Positions 20,535 to 30,281 are shown, numbered from the stretch's first letter. The stretch: DNA of 64,000 bases from Planctomycetota bacterium (GCA_029259695.1 JAJDEQ010000144.1:1501-65500), one strand, 5' to 3'. Numbers and translations: made by a program. Notes: generated from the letters alone by a model not told the origin.

Positions 20535-20939
20535 TCCAACGTCTCCTGGGAAAGTCACCCGCACGCTCGCAAGAACACAAAGGGGGGGCGAGCGCGACGC
20601 GCTGCAAGATAGCCGCTCCGGGCGAAGTTGATAAGAGGGCCAGGAGCCGAATCAGCGCCGGATACGGGCCCCTTGGGGGCACCAAGGCCGCCCGAAACGC
20701 GTCTCGGCGGCTCTCGGCGCGGTGAGCGGCCATCGATCCACCGTGTTTCCACAGCCGCGCGGCGGGGCGACGAGCCCGGGCGCCGGGAGTCAGGAGCCGG
20801 CGTCACGGCCCGGGGGCGGGGTTGCGAGCCCTGCGCACGGGAGGTCTCCGCCGACGGTCGAGCGGCGGGACGCACGACGGCCCTGAGGTGCGCACGAGCC
20901 AGGGTGGTAGTCACCCAGGTGGGTCGATAGTTTGGCCGC

Positions 20940-21932
20940 ATGCTGCGCGGAACGATTCATCGCCTGGGTCACGACAGCGACGTGCTGCGGGGCAACCCCC
21001 TGGGTGACCCCAGCGCGCGCAACGTCCCCGTCTACCTGCCGCCCGGCGGGGCCCAGGCCGGCATGCCCTTGATCGGCGTGCTCGCGGGATACACCGGGCG
21101 CGGGGAGACGTCGCTGGGCGGCACACCCTGGGACCCGTCGTTCCCGGAGCGATACGAGCGGCTGCTCGAGCGCGGCGACGTGGCACCGGCGGCGTTCGTG
21201 TTCCCCGACGGCTTCACGCGACTCGGTGGCAGCCAGTACATGAACAGCAGCGCGACGGGGCGCTACCGCGACTACCTGGTGCAGGAGGTGTTCCCGCTGG
21301 TCGAGGGGGAGTTCGGTGTGGGCGGGTCGCGCGAGCGTCGCGGGTTGATGGGCAAGTCGTCCGGTGGGTATGGCGCCCTGCACCTGTCGTTCGAGCATCC
21401 CGATGTGTTCGGCGCGTTGGCCAGCCACGCGGGCGACGCGGCATTCGACCTCTGCTATCGACACGACTTTCCGCTGCTCGCCGGACAGATCGAGCAGCAC
21501 GGCAGTGTCGAGGCGTTCGTCGCGGCGTTCGATGCGGCGCAGGTCAAGACCACGCCGCTGATCCTGTCGCTGGCGGCGCTCGCCATGGCGGCCTGCTACT
21601 CACCCGACTCGAGCGAGCCGATGGGCATCGCGCTGCCCTTCGACCCGCGCACCGGCGCCATACGTGACGAGGTCTGGGCGCGCTGGCTCGAGCAGGACCC
21701 GGTGCAGGTGGGCCGACGACTGGGGAGCGAGCTGCGCGACTTCGCCCTGGTGTACGTCGACGCCGGCCTGCGCGACGAGTACCACCTGCAGTACGGCGCC
21801 CGGCAACTCGTGGACGTGCTGCGCGAGCAGGGCGTGAACGTCCACCACGAGGAGTTCGACGGGACGCACCGGGGCATCAATTATCGCTACGACGCGTCCC
21901 TGCCGCTGATCACCCGGGCGCTCGCGGGTTGA
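20940..21932 (+). CDS. Esterase, Fes-like alpha/beta hydrolase
   Basis: VYLPPG, GKSSGGYGA nucleophile elbow, VDAGLRDEY, EEFDGTH. Confidence 0.85.
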   Translation: MLRGTIHRLGHDSDVLRGNPLGDPSARNVPVYLPPGGAQAGMPLIGVLAGYTGRGETSLGGTPWDPSFPERYERLLERGDVAPAAFVFPDGFTRLGGSQYMNSSATGRYRDYLVQEVFPLVEGEFGVGGSRERRGLMGKSSGGYGALHLSFEHPDVFGALASHAGDAAFDLCYRHDFPLLAGQIEQHGSVEAFVAAFDAAQVKTTPLILSLAALAMAACYSPDSSEPMGIALPFDPRTGAIRDEVWARWLEQDPVQVGRRLGSELRDFALVYVDAGLRDEYHLQYGARQLVDVLREQGVNVHHEEFDGTHRGINYRYDASLPLITRALAG

Positions 21933-22687
21933 ACGGCTGGCGATTCATCAGGGGCTGGGGCGGGCGGCGACGCTTTCAGGTGCTGCTGCTGTCCCTGCTC
22001 GCGCTGATCGTCCTGGCGCCGCTGATGATGCCGAACGAAGGCGGGCAGCGCGGGCACCCCTTCCTGCTCAACCTGCTCAGCAGCGGTGTGCTGCTCAGTG
22101 GTCTGTACAGCGTGAGTCGTTCGCGCGGCAAGTTGCTGGTCGGCGCGTTGTTGTTCCTGCCCACGGCCGTGACGACCTGGTTGGAGCTGGTCCCCTCCGT
22201 CGACGTGCAAGACGGCGACCTGATCCAGTACGTCGACCATGCCACGTCGGCGGCCTTCTTCGTGTTCCTCAGTTACGTGATCCTCGACCGTGTGTTCCGC
22301 AGCCGTCAGGTCACGAAGGACACGCTCTACGGCATCGCCTGCGTCTATCTGCTGGTGTCGCTCGTCTTCCAATCGCTGTTCATGCTGATCTACGTCGACT
22401 ATCGCGCGCAGCTCGTGGCCGCGGCGGGCGACAGCGGGCTGGCCGCCGCGCTGACCTCGCCGTTCACCAACGTCACGGGTCCGGCGGCCCTGGTGTGGGA
22501 CGACCTGCTGCACTTCAGCTTCACCGCGCTCACGACCGTCGGCTACGGGAACGTCTCGCCGGTGCATGAGTACGCGCGGGTGCTGGCTGACCTCGAGTCC
22601 GTCTTCGGGGTGCTCTTCACCACGATCCTGGTCGCGCGCCTCGTGGCGCTCTATCGACACGAGGCGGAGCCGGCGGACAGCGCGTAG
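21929..22687 (+). CDS. Potassium channel family protein (ion channel pore domain)
   Basis: Selectivity filter FTALTTVGYGNVSP; multiple TM segments; TTG start overlaps the esterase stop. Confidence 0.85.
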   Translation: MNGWRFIRGWGGRRRFQVLLLSLLALIVLAPLMMPNEGGQRGHPFLLNLLSSGVLLSGLYSVSRSRGKLLVGALLFLPTAVTTWLELVPSVDVQDGDLIQYVDHATSAAFFVFLSYVILDRVFRSRQVTKDTLYGIACVYLLVSLVFQSLFMLIYVDYRAQLVAAAGDSGLAAALTSPFTNVTGPAALVWDDLLHFSFTALTTVGYGNVSPVHEYARVLADLESVFGVLFTTILVARLVALYRHEAEPADSA

Positions 22688-22819
22688 GGGGACGGCATCG
22701 GACGGGCGGCTGACCTGCCCGTGGCCCCGATGCTAGAGTGTCGGCCCGTCCCGGCGCAGCGCGAACGCGGGCGACCCCACGACCGCGCCGCCCTCGCGGC
22801 CAGGGACCCGAGCGAACCG

Positions 22820-23344
22820 ATGCGCACCCTCCGCTTCCAACTCAACGGCGACGACGTCGAGATCGCGGCGCCCGACCACTGGACCCTGCTCGAGGTGCTG
22901 CGCTACCGGGCCGGGCTCACCGGCAGCAAGCAGGGCTGCGACAAGGGCGACTGCGGGGCCTGCACGCTGCACGTGGACGGCCGGGCGGTGCTGTCGTGCC
23001 TGACCCTGGCGGCCGAGGCCGAAGGTCGCTCGGTCACGACCGTCGAGGGGCTGGTGGGGCCCGGCGGCCCCGATGTGGTCCAGGACTGCTTCGACGAATC
23101 GGGCTGTCTGCAGTGCGGCTTCTGCCAGCCGGGGATGATCATGGCGGCGCGCCAGCTCGTCACCGAGAACCCCCAGGCCTCGCGGGACGAGATCAAGGCG
23201 GCCCTGTCCTCCAACCTGTGCCGCTGCACCGGGTACACCAAGATCTACGAGGCGGTGGAGAACGCCTGTCGCCGCACGTTGCAAGCGGCGCCGGTGTCCG
23301 CCGGTTCGGCGGCGGCGGCGCCCGGTGGGAAGGGGCGCGGCTGA
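22820..23344 (+). CDS. hcrC: 2x[2Fe-2S] subunit of XDH-family enzyme (HcrC-like)
   Basis: GSKQGCDKGDCGACT, LSCL, QCGFCQPG, NLCRCTGY; first gene of a C-A-B order. Confidence 0.8.
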   Translation: MRTLRFQLNGDDVEIAAPDHWTLLEVLRYRAGLTGSKQGCDKGDCGACTLHVDGRAVLSCLTLAAEAEGRSVTTVEGLVGPGGPDVVQDCFDESGCLQCGFCQPGMIMAARQLVTENPQASRDEIKAALSSNLCRCTGYTKIYEAVENACRRTLQAAPVSAGSAAAAPGGKGRG

Positions 23345-25905
23345 TGGAGCGCAACGTCATCAACCGCACCCACGGGCCGGACGCGCCCCACGGCGAGTTC
23401 CACCGGGTCGGGCAGCGGGCCCGCAAGGTCGACGCGATCGGCAAGGCCACGGGCCAGGCGATCTACACCGACGACATCCAGCTCCCGGGCATGCTGCACG
23501 CCAAGACGCTGCGCAGCCCGCACCCGCACGCGCGCATCCGCTCGATCGACACGTCCGCCGCCGAGGCGCTGCCCGGCGTGCACGGCGTGATCACCGGCAA
23601 GGACATGCCCACGAAGTACGGCGTGATCCCCTGGACGCCCGACGAGAACGCCCTGGCCGTGGACAAGGTGCGCTTCGTGGGCGACGAGGTGGCCGCCGTG
23701 GCGGCGGTGGACGAAGACACCGCCAACCGCGCCCTGCGACTGATCGAGGTGGATTACGAGGTGCTCGAGTCCTACCTCGACCCGCACAAGTCGCTGCAGC
23801 AGCACGACCCGGTGATCCACGAGGGCAACAAGCACGGCAACGTGTCCAAGCACGTGCGGCTGGAGTTCGGCGAGGTCGACGCGGCGCTCGAGGCGGCGCC
23901 GCACGTGGTCGAGGACGACTACTTCTTCCACGGCACGGCCCACGCGCCGATCGAGCCCCACTGCGCGGTGGCCCAGTCCGGTCACGACGGGGTGATCACC
24001 CTGTGGTCGTCGACCCAGATCCCGCACTACGTGCACCGGGCGTTGGCACGCGTGCTGGAGATCCCCGCGCACCGCATCCGCGTCATCCAGCCCCACCTGG
24101 GCGGCGCCTTCGGCGGCAAGAGCGACCCGTTCTTCTTCGAGTTCTGCGCCGCCAAGCTGGCCATGCTCACCGGCCGCCCGGTGAAGTTCCTGCTCACCCG
24201 GGAAGAGACGTTCTACACGCACCGCGGGCGTCACCCGATGGAGATGCACTTCACCACGGGCTGCGACGACGACGGCAAACTCACCGCGGTCGACAGCAAG
24301 ATCCTGATCGACGGCGGCAGCTACAGCAGCTTCGGCCTGGTGACCACGTACTACGCCGGGCAGTTGCTGTGCGGGCCCAGTCACTTCCCCACGTACCGCT
24401 TCGACAGCACGCGCGTGTACACCAACAAGCCGCCCTGCGGACCCAAGCGCGGACACGGTTCGGTGCAGCCGCGCTTCGCCCTGGAGATCCAGCTCGATCG
24501 GCTGGCCACGAAGCTCGGCATCGATCCCCTGGAGATGCGGCGCCGCAACTTCCAGGGGGCGTTTGCGCGCACGGTGAACGGCATGACCGTCACCAGCAAC
24601 GGCTTCATGGAGTGCCTCGACGCGATCGAGCAGGCCAGCGGCTGGAAGGACAAGCGCGGCAAGCTGCCCTTCGGACGCGGCATCGGCGCCGCGGGCTCGA
24701 TGTACATCTCGGGCACCAACTACGCGGTGTACCCCAACGACATGCCCCAGGCCGGCATCCTGGTGAAGCTCGACCGCTCGGGGCTGGCCATGGTCTACAC
24801 CGGCACGTCGGACATCGGCCAGGGCAGCAGCTCGGTCATGGCCACGCTGGTGGCCGAGGAGCTGGGGCTGCGCATGGACCAGGTGCGCGTGGTGGCGGCG
24901 GACACCGACCTGACACCGGTGGACCTGGGCGCCTACAGCAGCCGCATCACGCTCATGGCCGGCAACGCCGCCGTGGACGCCGGGCGCAAGCTGCGTTTCA
25001 AGCTGCAGGAAGCGGTGGGCGAGAAGCTGGGCGTGCCGGCCAAGCAGGTCATGCTCGCCGACGGCTTCGCCTTCGACAGCCAGGACGGTGACAAGCGCAT
25101 CACCTCGCAGGAAGCGTTCGAGCTGGCCGAAGCGAAGTTCGAGACGCTGGCCGCCACCGGCAGCTACAACACGCCCGAGCGCGGCGGCGACTACCGCGGC
25201 GGCACGATCGGCGCCTCGCCCGCCTACTCGTTCACGGCCCACTGCGCCGAGGTGGAGATCGACGTCGAGACCGGCGAGATCACCGTGCCCAAGCTGTGGA
25301 TCGCCCACGACTGCGGTCGCGCCATCAGCCCGGTGCAGGTCGAAGGGCAGATCGAGGGCAGCACCTACATGGGCGTGGCCGAACTGCAGATGGAAGACCA
25401 CGACGTGTACACCGACCCGGCCCACCCCGAGGCCGGTCTGCACCGTCGTCCGTCACTGCTCGAGTACACGATCCCGACCAGCCTCGACACGCCCGAGCTC
25501 GAGGCGATGATCGTGGAGTCGCTCGACCCGGAGGGACCCTACGGCGCCAAGGAAGCGGGCGAGGGTCCGCTCCACGGCAGCCTGCCGGCCGTGGCCAACG
25601 CGATCTACGACGCCCTCGGCGTGTGGATGACGCACCTGCCGTTCACGCCGGGCAAGGTGCTCGAGGCGTTGCGGGAACAGGGTGTCGGTGGCGGCGCGGC
25701 GAGAGCCGGCGGTGCCAGCGCGGGCGAAGCCGGTGCGAGCGGTACCGGTGCGAGCGGTGCTGGTGGCGGCGGCAGTGGCGCGAGCGGTACCGGTGCGAGC
25801 GGTACCCGTGGCGGCGGCGGTGGCGCGAGCGGTTCGGCGCCGGACGTCGCGGCCATTCGCGCGCGACTCGCCGGCAAGCGCGACAAGCCCGAGGGAGACG
25901 CCTGA
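23344..25905 (+). CDS. hcrA: Molybdopterin-binding subunit of XDH family (4-hydroxybenzoyl-CoA reductase alpha-like) with Gly/Ser tail
   Basis: HAPIEPH, GGAFGGKSD, KRGHGSVQPRF, DIGQGS, QIEG, AKEAGEGP. ATG overlaps the hcrC stop. Confidence 0.78.
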   Translation: MERNVINRTHGPDAPHGEFHRVGQRARKVDAIGKATGQAIYTDDIQLPGMLHAKTLRSPHPHARIRSIDTSAAEALPGVHGVITGKDMPTKYGVIPWTPDENALAVDKVRFVGDEVAAVAAVDEDTANRALRLIEVDYEVLESYLDPHKSLQQHDPVIHEGNKHGNVSKHVRLEFGEVDAALEAAPHVVEDDYFFHGTAHAPIEPHCAVAQSGHDGVITLWSSTQIPHYVHRALARVLEIPAHRIRVIQPHLGGAFGGKSDPFFFEFCAAKLAMLTGRPVKFLLTREETFYTHRGRHPMEMHFTTGCDDDGKLTAVDSKILIDGGSYSSFGLVTTYYAGQLLCGPSHFPTYRFDSTRVYTNKPPCGPKRGHGSVQPRFALEIQLDRLATKLGIDPLEMRRRNFQGAFARTVNGMTVTSNGFMECLDAIEQASGWKDKRGKLPFGRGIGAAGSMYISGTNYAVYPNDMPQAGILVKLDRSGLAMVYTGTSDIGQGSSSVMATLVAEELGLRMDQVRVVAADTDLTPVDLGAYSSRITLMAGNAAVDAGRKLRFKLQEAVGEKLGVPAKQVMLADGFAFDSQDGDKRITSQEAFELAEAKFETLAATGSYNTPERGGDYRGGTIGASPAYSFTAHCAEVEIDVETGEITVPKLWIAHDCGRAISPVQVEGQIEGSTYMGVAELQMEDHDVYTDPAHPEAGLHRRPSLLEYTIPTSLDTPELEAMIVESLDPEGPYGAKEAGEGPLHGSLPAVANAIYDALGVWMTHLPFTPGKVLEALREQGVGGGAARAGGASAGEAGASGTGASGAGGGGSGASGTGASGTRGGGGGASGSAPDVAAIRARLAGKRDKPEGDA
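25735..25824. repeat. Imperfect 45-bp tandem duplication encoding the Gly/Ser/Ala tail of HcrA
   Basis: gcgagcggtaccggtgcgagcggt... at 25735-25779 and 25780-25824. Confidence 0.75.
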
Positions 25906-25906
25906 C

Positions 25907-27058
25907 GTGTTGCGCCTGCCGAGCTTCGAGTACACCGCGCCGGACAGCGTCGATGACGTGCTGGCCCTGCTGGCCCACAACCCCCGCGCGCGCCTGGTCG
26001 CCGGCGGCACCGACCTGGTGCCCAACCTGAAGCACGGGATCGAGGAGGCCGAGGTGGTCGTCTCGCTGCGCAACGTGCCGGGCCTGCGGGACGTGACCGA
26101 GCGCGCCGACGGCGGCCTCGACCTGGGCGCCATGCTCACGCTCGAAGAGGTGGCCGAGCACCCGCTGGTCCAGGCGAAGTACCCGTCACTGTCGCAGGCC
26201 GCCGGCGTCGTGGCCGGCCCGCACCACCGGCGCATGGGCACGCTGGGCGGCAACGTCTGCCTCAACACCCGCTGCGTCTACATCAACCAGACCTACTTCT
26301 GGCGCGAGTCGCTGGGCTTCTGCCTCAAGAAGGACGGCGAGCTGTGCCACGTGGTCAAGGGCGGCAAGCGCTGCGTGGCCGCGGCCAGCAACGACACCGC
26401 CACGGTGCTCATGACCCTCGGCGCCGATCTGGCCTTCGCCAGCCGCGACCGCGGCGAACGCCGCCTGCCCATCACCGACTTCTACGTGCGCGACGGCGTC
26501 TACAACAAGGACATGCAGTCCGACGACCTGCTCACGGCGGTCTCCCTGCCCGCACCCGCACCGGGCCTGCACGGTGCCTACGGCAAGCTGCGCCCGCGCA
26601 ACAGCATCGACTTCCCGCGCCTGTCGGTGGCCGTGGCGTTCACGCTGCGGGGTGCAGGTGGCGGTGGCGACAGCGGTGGCGACAGCGGTGGCAGCAGCGG
26701 TGGCGACAGCGGTGGCGGCAGCGGTAGCGGCAGCGGTGGCGGCAGCGCTGACAGCGGGGACTCGAGCAACGGGGGTGCCGACAGTGGCGGTTCGGGCAGC
26801 GGCGGGACGGTGCACGACCTGCGCGTCGTCGTCTCGGCTCTGGCGGCCGTCCCCCAGCTCATGCGCAACGTCACCGAGTTGGCCGAGGGCCGGGTGGCGG
26901 ACGAAGAGCTCTTCGCCGAAGTGGCCGCCGCCTGCGCGAAGCAGTGCCACCCGCTCACCAGCATCGACGGCGACCCCACGTACCGCCGCGAGATGGTGCC
27001 GGTGTACGTGAGGCGCACGCTGCGGGCGGCGCTGGCCGAGGGGCAGTCGGCGGTCTGA
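25907..27058 (+). CDS. hcrB: FAD-binding subunit with [4Fe-4S] insert (HcrB-like)
   Basis: AGGTDLVPNLK, MGTLGGNVC; insert TRCVYINQTYFWRESLGFCLKKDGELCHVVKGGKRC with four Cys; GTG start after GAGGGAG. Confidence 0.8.
   Translation: MLRLPSFEYTAPDSVDDVLALLAHNPRARLVAGGTDLVPNLKHGIEEAEVVVSLRNVPGLRDVTERADGGLDLGAMLTLEEVAEHPLVQAKYPSLSQAAGVVAGPHHRRMGTLGGNVCLNTRCVYINQTYFWRESLGFCLKKDGELCHVVKGGKRCVAAASNDTATVLMTLGADLAFASRDRGERRLPITDFYVRDGVYNKDMQSDDLLTAVSLPAPAPGLHGAYGKLRPRNSIDFPRLSVAVAFTLRGAGGGGDSGGDSGGSSGGDSGGGSGSGSGGGSADSGDSSNGGADSGGSGSGGTVHDLRVVVSALAAVPQLMRNVTELAEGRVADEELFAEVAAACAKQCHPLTSIDGDPTYRREMVPVYVRRTLRAALAEGQSAV
26651..26806. repeat. In-frame Gly/Ser/Asp low-complexity insertion (12-bp unit ggtggcgacagc and variants)
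   Basis: Encodes GAGGGGDSGGDSGGSSGGDSGGGSGSGSGGGSADSGDSSNGGADSGGSGSGG between FTLR and TVHDLRV. Confidence 0.85.
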
Positions 27059-27269
27059 GACCCGCGCTGCGGGGCCTCGAAATATGCGCTCCGGCGCCGG
27101 GCTGGATTCCTCCGAGTGCCAGTTCGTCCAAATAAAGCGCCAGCAAACGACGTTTTGTTCGAAGTGCATATTCACTCCCCGCTTCGCAGGAGAGCCGTTA
27201 GGATCGGCTTCGCGCAGGCGGAAGGCCTTCGGGAGCCCCCGGCGCTCACCCTCGGAATGGGAGGTTGGC

Positions 27270-29843
27270 ATGTCGCCGTCGAGCCCCGCATCGTCCGTGT
27301 TCCGCCCGGCCCGCCGCATGCGGCGCCTGCCCGCCCTGGCCGTCGCGCTGGCCCTGTTGCTGAGCGCAGCACCCAGCGCGTGGGGACAGGGCGGACCTCT
27401 GTTCCCCCGGCAGTTCTTCGAGTTGGGCGACAACCCCCGGGCCGTGGTGACCGGGGACGTGAACGGCGACGGAGCACTGGACGCCCTGGTGGCCAACAGC
27501 GGTTCCGACACGATCACGGTGCTGCTCGGGGACGGCCTGGGTGACTTCACCGCGGTGGCGCCGGTGCCGGTCACGGATCAGCCCCAGTCGCTCGCCCTGG
27601 GTGATATGGACGGCGACCTGATCCCCGACCTGGTCGTGCCGAGCCTGCACGACGACCTGATCGACGTGTTGCTCGGCAACGGAGACGGCACCTTCGGCGC
27701 GCCGACGCCGCTCGCCGTGGCCGGCGGCCCGCGTCGCATCGTGATGGACGACTTCGACGGCGACGGCGACCGGGATGTGGCCGTCAGCGTGGGCAGCCTC
27801 GACGGCCTGATCATCGCCCTGGGCGCCGGCGACGGCACGTTCTCGAGCGTGCGTTTCGAGACCTCGGGCGGCCTCTTCCCCGATCGTCTGGTGGCGGGCG
27901 ATGTGAATGGCGACGAGGTCGTGGACCTGGCCGTGATCCACCTGACGAGCCTCGACACGACGGTGCTGCTGGGCGACGGCCGCGGCGGTTTCGACGTGAG
28001 CGCTGTGCTGCCGTCGGCGGGTGACCCCACGGGCCTGGCCCTGGCCGACCTGGACGGCGGCGGGACGCTCGACGTGATCGTGTCCAACGACGGCGCCACG
28101 TCGCCCCAGCGGGTGGAGCTGTTCCCGGGTGTCGGTGACGGCACCTTCGGCCCGGTGCAGTTCCCCATTCCCTCGATCATCCAGGACGCTGGCGACGTGA
28201 CCGTGGCCGACCTCGAGAACGACGGGGACCTGGACCTCGTCGTGGCGGAGAGCGCGGCCGAGCGTATCGGCTACTCGCTCCAGGGCCCGGGCGGTGTCTT
28301 CGGTCCGCTGGTGGAGTCGGACCTGGACGACGACCCCGAAGCGCTGATCAGTGCCGACCTCAACGGCGATGACCAGCCCGACCTGCTCGCCGTGCTCGAC
28401 GACGACCGCGAGGAGCTGGTAGTGGTCCTGGGGCAGCCGCAGGGCGCGCCCTTCGCGGAGGCCGCCGTGCTGGGCACCCCGTTCGTCACGCCCAAGGCAG
28501 TGGGTGCCGGCGACTTCACCGGTGACGGCTTCAGCGACGCCGTGGTGGTGGGGACCTTCGCCGACGTGAAGCGCGTGCTGGTCTTCCCCGGCGCGGGCGA
28601 CGGCACCGCGGGGGCGGCGGTCGAGACGTTCCTCGACGCCCACACCGACAACTCCGTCACCGACCTGCTGGTGGCCGACTTCGACGGCGACACGCAGCTC
28701 GACGTGGCCGTCGTGAACCAGACCAACGACCGGGTGGCGATCCTGCTGGGCCAGGGCGACGGCAGCTTCGGGCCCCAGGCCGACGTCTTCCCCGGCTTCG
28801 ACCCCACCCGGGTCGTGGCCGGCGACGTGAACGGTGACACGATCCTCGATCTCGTGACGGCCCACGAGGACCTCGACCTGGTGGCGGTGATGCTCGGCGC
28901 GGGCGACGGCAGCTTCGGCTCGGGCACCAGCTTCCCGGTGGGGGACCGCCCCGAGCAGTTGGCCCTGGGCGACTTCGACGAGGACGGTGATCTCGATCTC
29001 GTGACCGCCAACCAGCTCTCGGACGATGTGTCCGTGCTGATCGGCGGGGGCGACGGCAGCTTCGGCCTTGCCACGTCGATTCCCGCCGGCAGCGATCCGC
29101 TCGCCGTGGACGTGGGCGACTTCGACAACGACGACCACCTCGACGTGGCCGTCGTCGTCGACGCGGGTGTGCGCCTGCTGTTCGGCGACGGCACCGGCGC
29201 CTTCCCGACCCAGTCCACCGAGGGCGGCTCCTTCAGCCAGCGCTTGCTGGCGGTCGACATCACCGGCGATGGGGAGCTGGACCTGATCACGCGCGGCGGC
29301 GTCCACACCCAGGTGCTGGTGGGTGACGGCGCCGGTGCGTTCGTCGCACCCGACGCGTACGTCCCCGACGGCACGGGCCAGGCCGCGCTGGCGGACTTCG
29401 ACGACGACGGCGCGCTCGACCTGCTCGTGGGCAGGCGCATCGTGCTCAACCGCGCGGGCCTGCCGTCGGCCTTCGCCGACGTGGGCCAGGGTCTGGCCGG
29501 CACCCACGGGCTCCCGTCCCTCACTGGCGACGGCACGCTCGAGCCCGTCACGCCGCTCACGCTGGCCCTCGCCAACGCCCTGGAGAACACCACGGCCTGG
29601 ATGGTGCTGGGCGTCGCCGAGTTGAGCGCGCCCTTCAAGGGCGGCGTGCTCGTCCCCGACCCGGCGCCGCCGGGCTTCCTCCTGCCGCTGCCCACGGGCG
29701 TCACCGGCACGATCGAGATCGCCGGCACCTGGCCCGCCGGCGTGCCCTCCGCCTTCGACACCTGGTTCCAGTTCTGGATCCAGGACGCCGCCGGCCCGGT
29801 GGGCTTCGCCGCCAGCAATGCGCTGCGCGCCACCACGCCGTGA
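27270..29843 (+). CDS. FG-GAP/VCBS repeat secreted protein with conserved C-terminal domain
   Basis: GGAGG RBS; signal peptide ending AWG-QG; many GD(V/F)(N/D)GDG..DL and LLG.GDG.F repeats; ends SNALRATTP. Confidence 0.88.
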   Translation: MSPSSPASSVFRPARRMRRLPALAVALALLLSAAPSAWGQGGPLFPRQFFELGDNPRAVVTGDVNGDGALDALVANSGSDTITVLLGDGLGDFTAVAPVPVTDQPQSLALGDMDGDLIPDLVVPSLHDDLIDVLLGNGDGTFGAPTPLAVAGGPRRIVMDDFDGDGDRDVAVSVGSLDGLIIALGAGDGTFSSVRFETSGGLFPDRLVAGDVNGDEVVDLAVIHLTSLDTTVLLGDGRGGFDVSAVLPSAGDPTGLALADLDGGGTLDVIVSNDGATSPQRVELFPGVGDGTFGPVQFPIPSIIQDAGDVTVADLENDGDLDLVVAESAAERIGYSLQGPGGVFGPLVESDLDDDPEALISADLNGDDQPDLLAVLDDDREELVVVLGQPQGAPFAEAAVLGTPFVTPKAVGAGDFTGDGFSDAVVVGTFADVKRVLVFPGAGDGTAGAAVETFLDAHTDNSVTDLLVADFDGDTQLDVAVVNQTNDRVAILLGQGDGSFGPQADVFPGFDPTRVVAGDVNGDTILDLVTAHEDLDLVAVMLGAGDGSFGSGTSFPVGDRPEQLALGDFDEDGDLDLVTANQLSDDVSVLIGGGDGSFGLATSIPAGSDPLAVDVGDFDNDDHLDVAVVVDAGVRLLFGDGTGAFPTQSTEGGSFSQRLLAVDITGDGELDLITRGGVHTQVLVGDGAGAFVAPDAYVPDGTGQAALADFDDDGALDLLVGRRIVLNRAGLPSAFADVGQGLAGTHGLPSLTGDGTLEPVTPLTLALANALENTTAWMVLGVAELSAPFKGGVLVPDPAPPGFLLPLPTGVTGTIEIAGTWPAGVPSAFDTWFQFWIQDAAGPVGFAASNALRATTP

Positions 29844-29853
29844 TGTGGGTGGA

Positions 29854-29929
29854 CTCGTCGGGTAGAGCAGGACGAGTCGCGTGGAGCTGGACTAGTCAGG
29901 TAGAGCTGGGCTAGTCGGGTAGAGCAGGG
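29854..29929. repeat. Three degenerate copies of the last ~19 nt of the DUF2442 gene
   Basis: ctcgtcgggtagagcagg (29854-29871), ctagtcaggtagagctggg (29892-29910), ctagtcgggtagagcaggg (29911-29929, includes the stop). Confidence 0.8.
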
Positions 29930-30171
29930 AGCGCGTAGAGCGCTTCCGGTGCGAAGTCGGCACCGTTGGGCCAGACGACCGTACCGGCATCTGCATCCAC
30001 CCGCACCCGCGCGAACTCCGCCGGGTCGTGAAGCGGTTCGAACACCGGGCCCTGCAGCAGAGGTCGCACGTCCACACGCTTGATTGTCCCGTCGTCGAAG
30101 GACAAGCGGAGTTCGTGAGCGCCACAGGGTGTCGCGGCTTCGATGTGCAGGATGCGTGTCACGAAAGTCAT
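29911..30171 (-). CDS. DUF2442 domain protein (antitoxin-like partner of DUF4160)
   Basis: LRLSFDDGTIKRVDV...GPVFEPLHDPAEFARVRVD..AGTVVWPNGADFAPEALY. Confidence 0.88.
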   Translation of the reverse strand: MTFVTRILHIEAATPCGAHELRLSFDDGTIKRVDVRPLLQGPVFEPLHDPAEFARVRVDADAGTVVWPNGADFAPEALYALPALPD

Positions 30172-30281
30172 TGTCGTGGCTCGATCTTCTTGAGTGTGTG
30201 GCCGGCGCGGGCGCGCGGCGGTGCATGATCACTGTAGTCCATGTAGATCTCGAACCCATCGAACTCCGATATCTTGGGCAA
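30168..30281 (-). pseudogene. Internally deleted DUF4160 (toxin-like) gene, 37 codons
   Basis: My translation from TTG 30281: MPKISEFDGFEIYMDYSDHAPP-RARAGHTLKKIEPRQ*. These are the N- and C-terminal ends typical of DUF4160 with the middle missing. ATGA overlap with DUF2442. Confidence 0.75.

Noticed and set aside
22738-23343. N-terminal extension of the Mo subunit (1055-aa ORF)
   Set aside because: Overlaps the 2Fe-2S gene in another frame; the true start is the ATG at 23344 overlapping the hcrC stop.
27059-27269. c-di-GMP or c-di-AMP riboswitch upstream of the FG-GAP gene
   Set aside because: Hairpins are possible, but I could not match the conserved motifs; an Rfam/Infernal scan would settle it.
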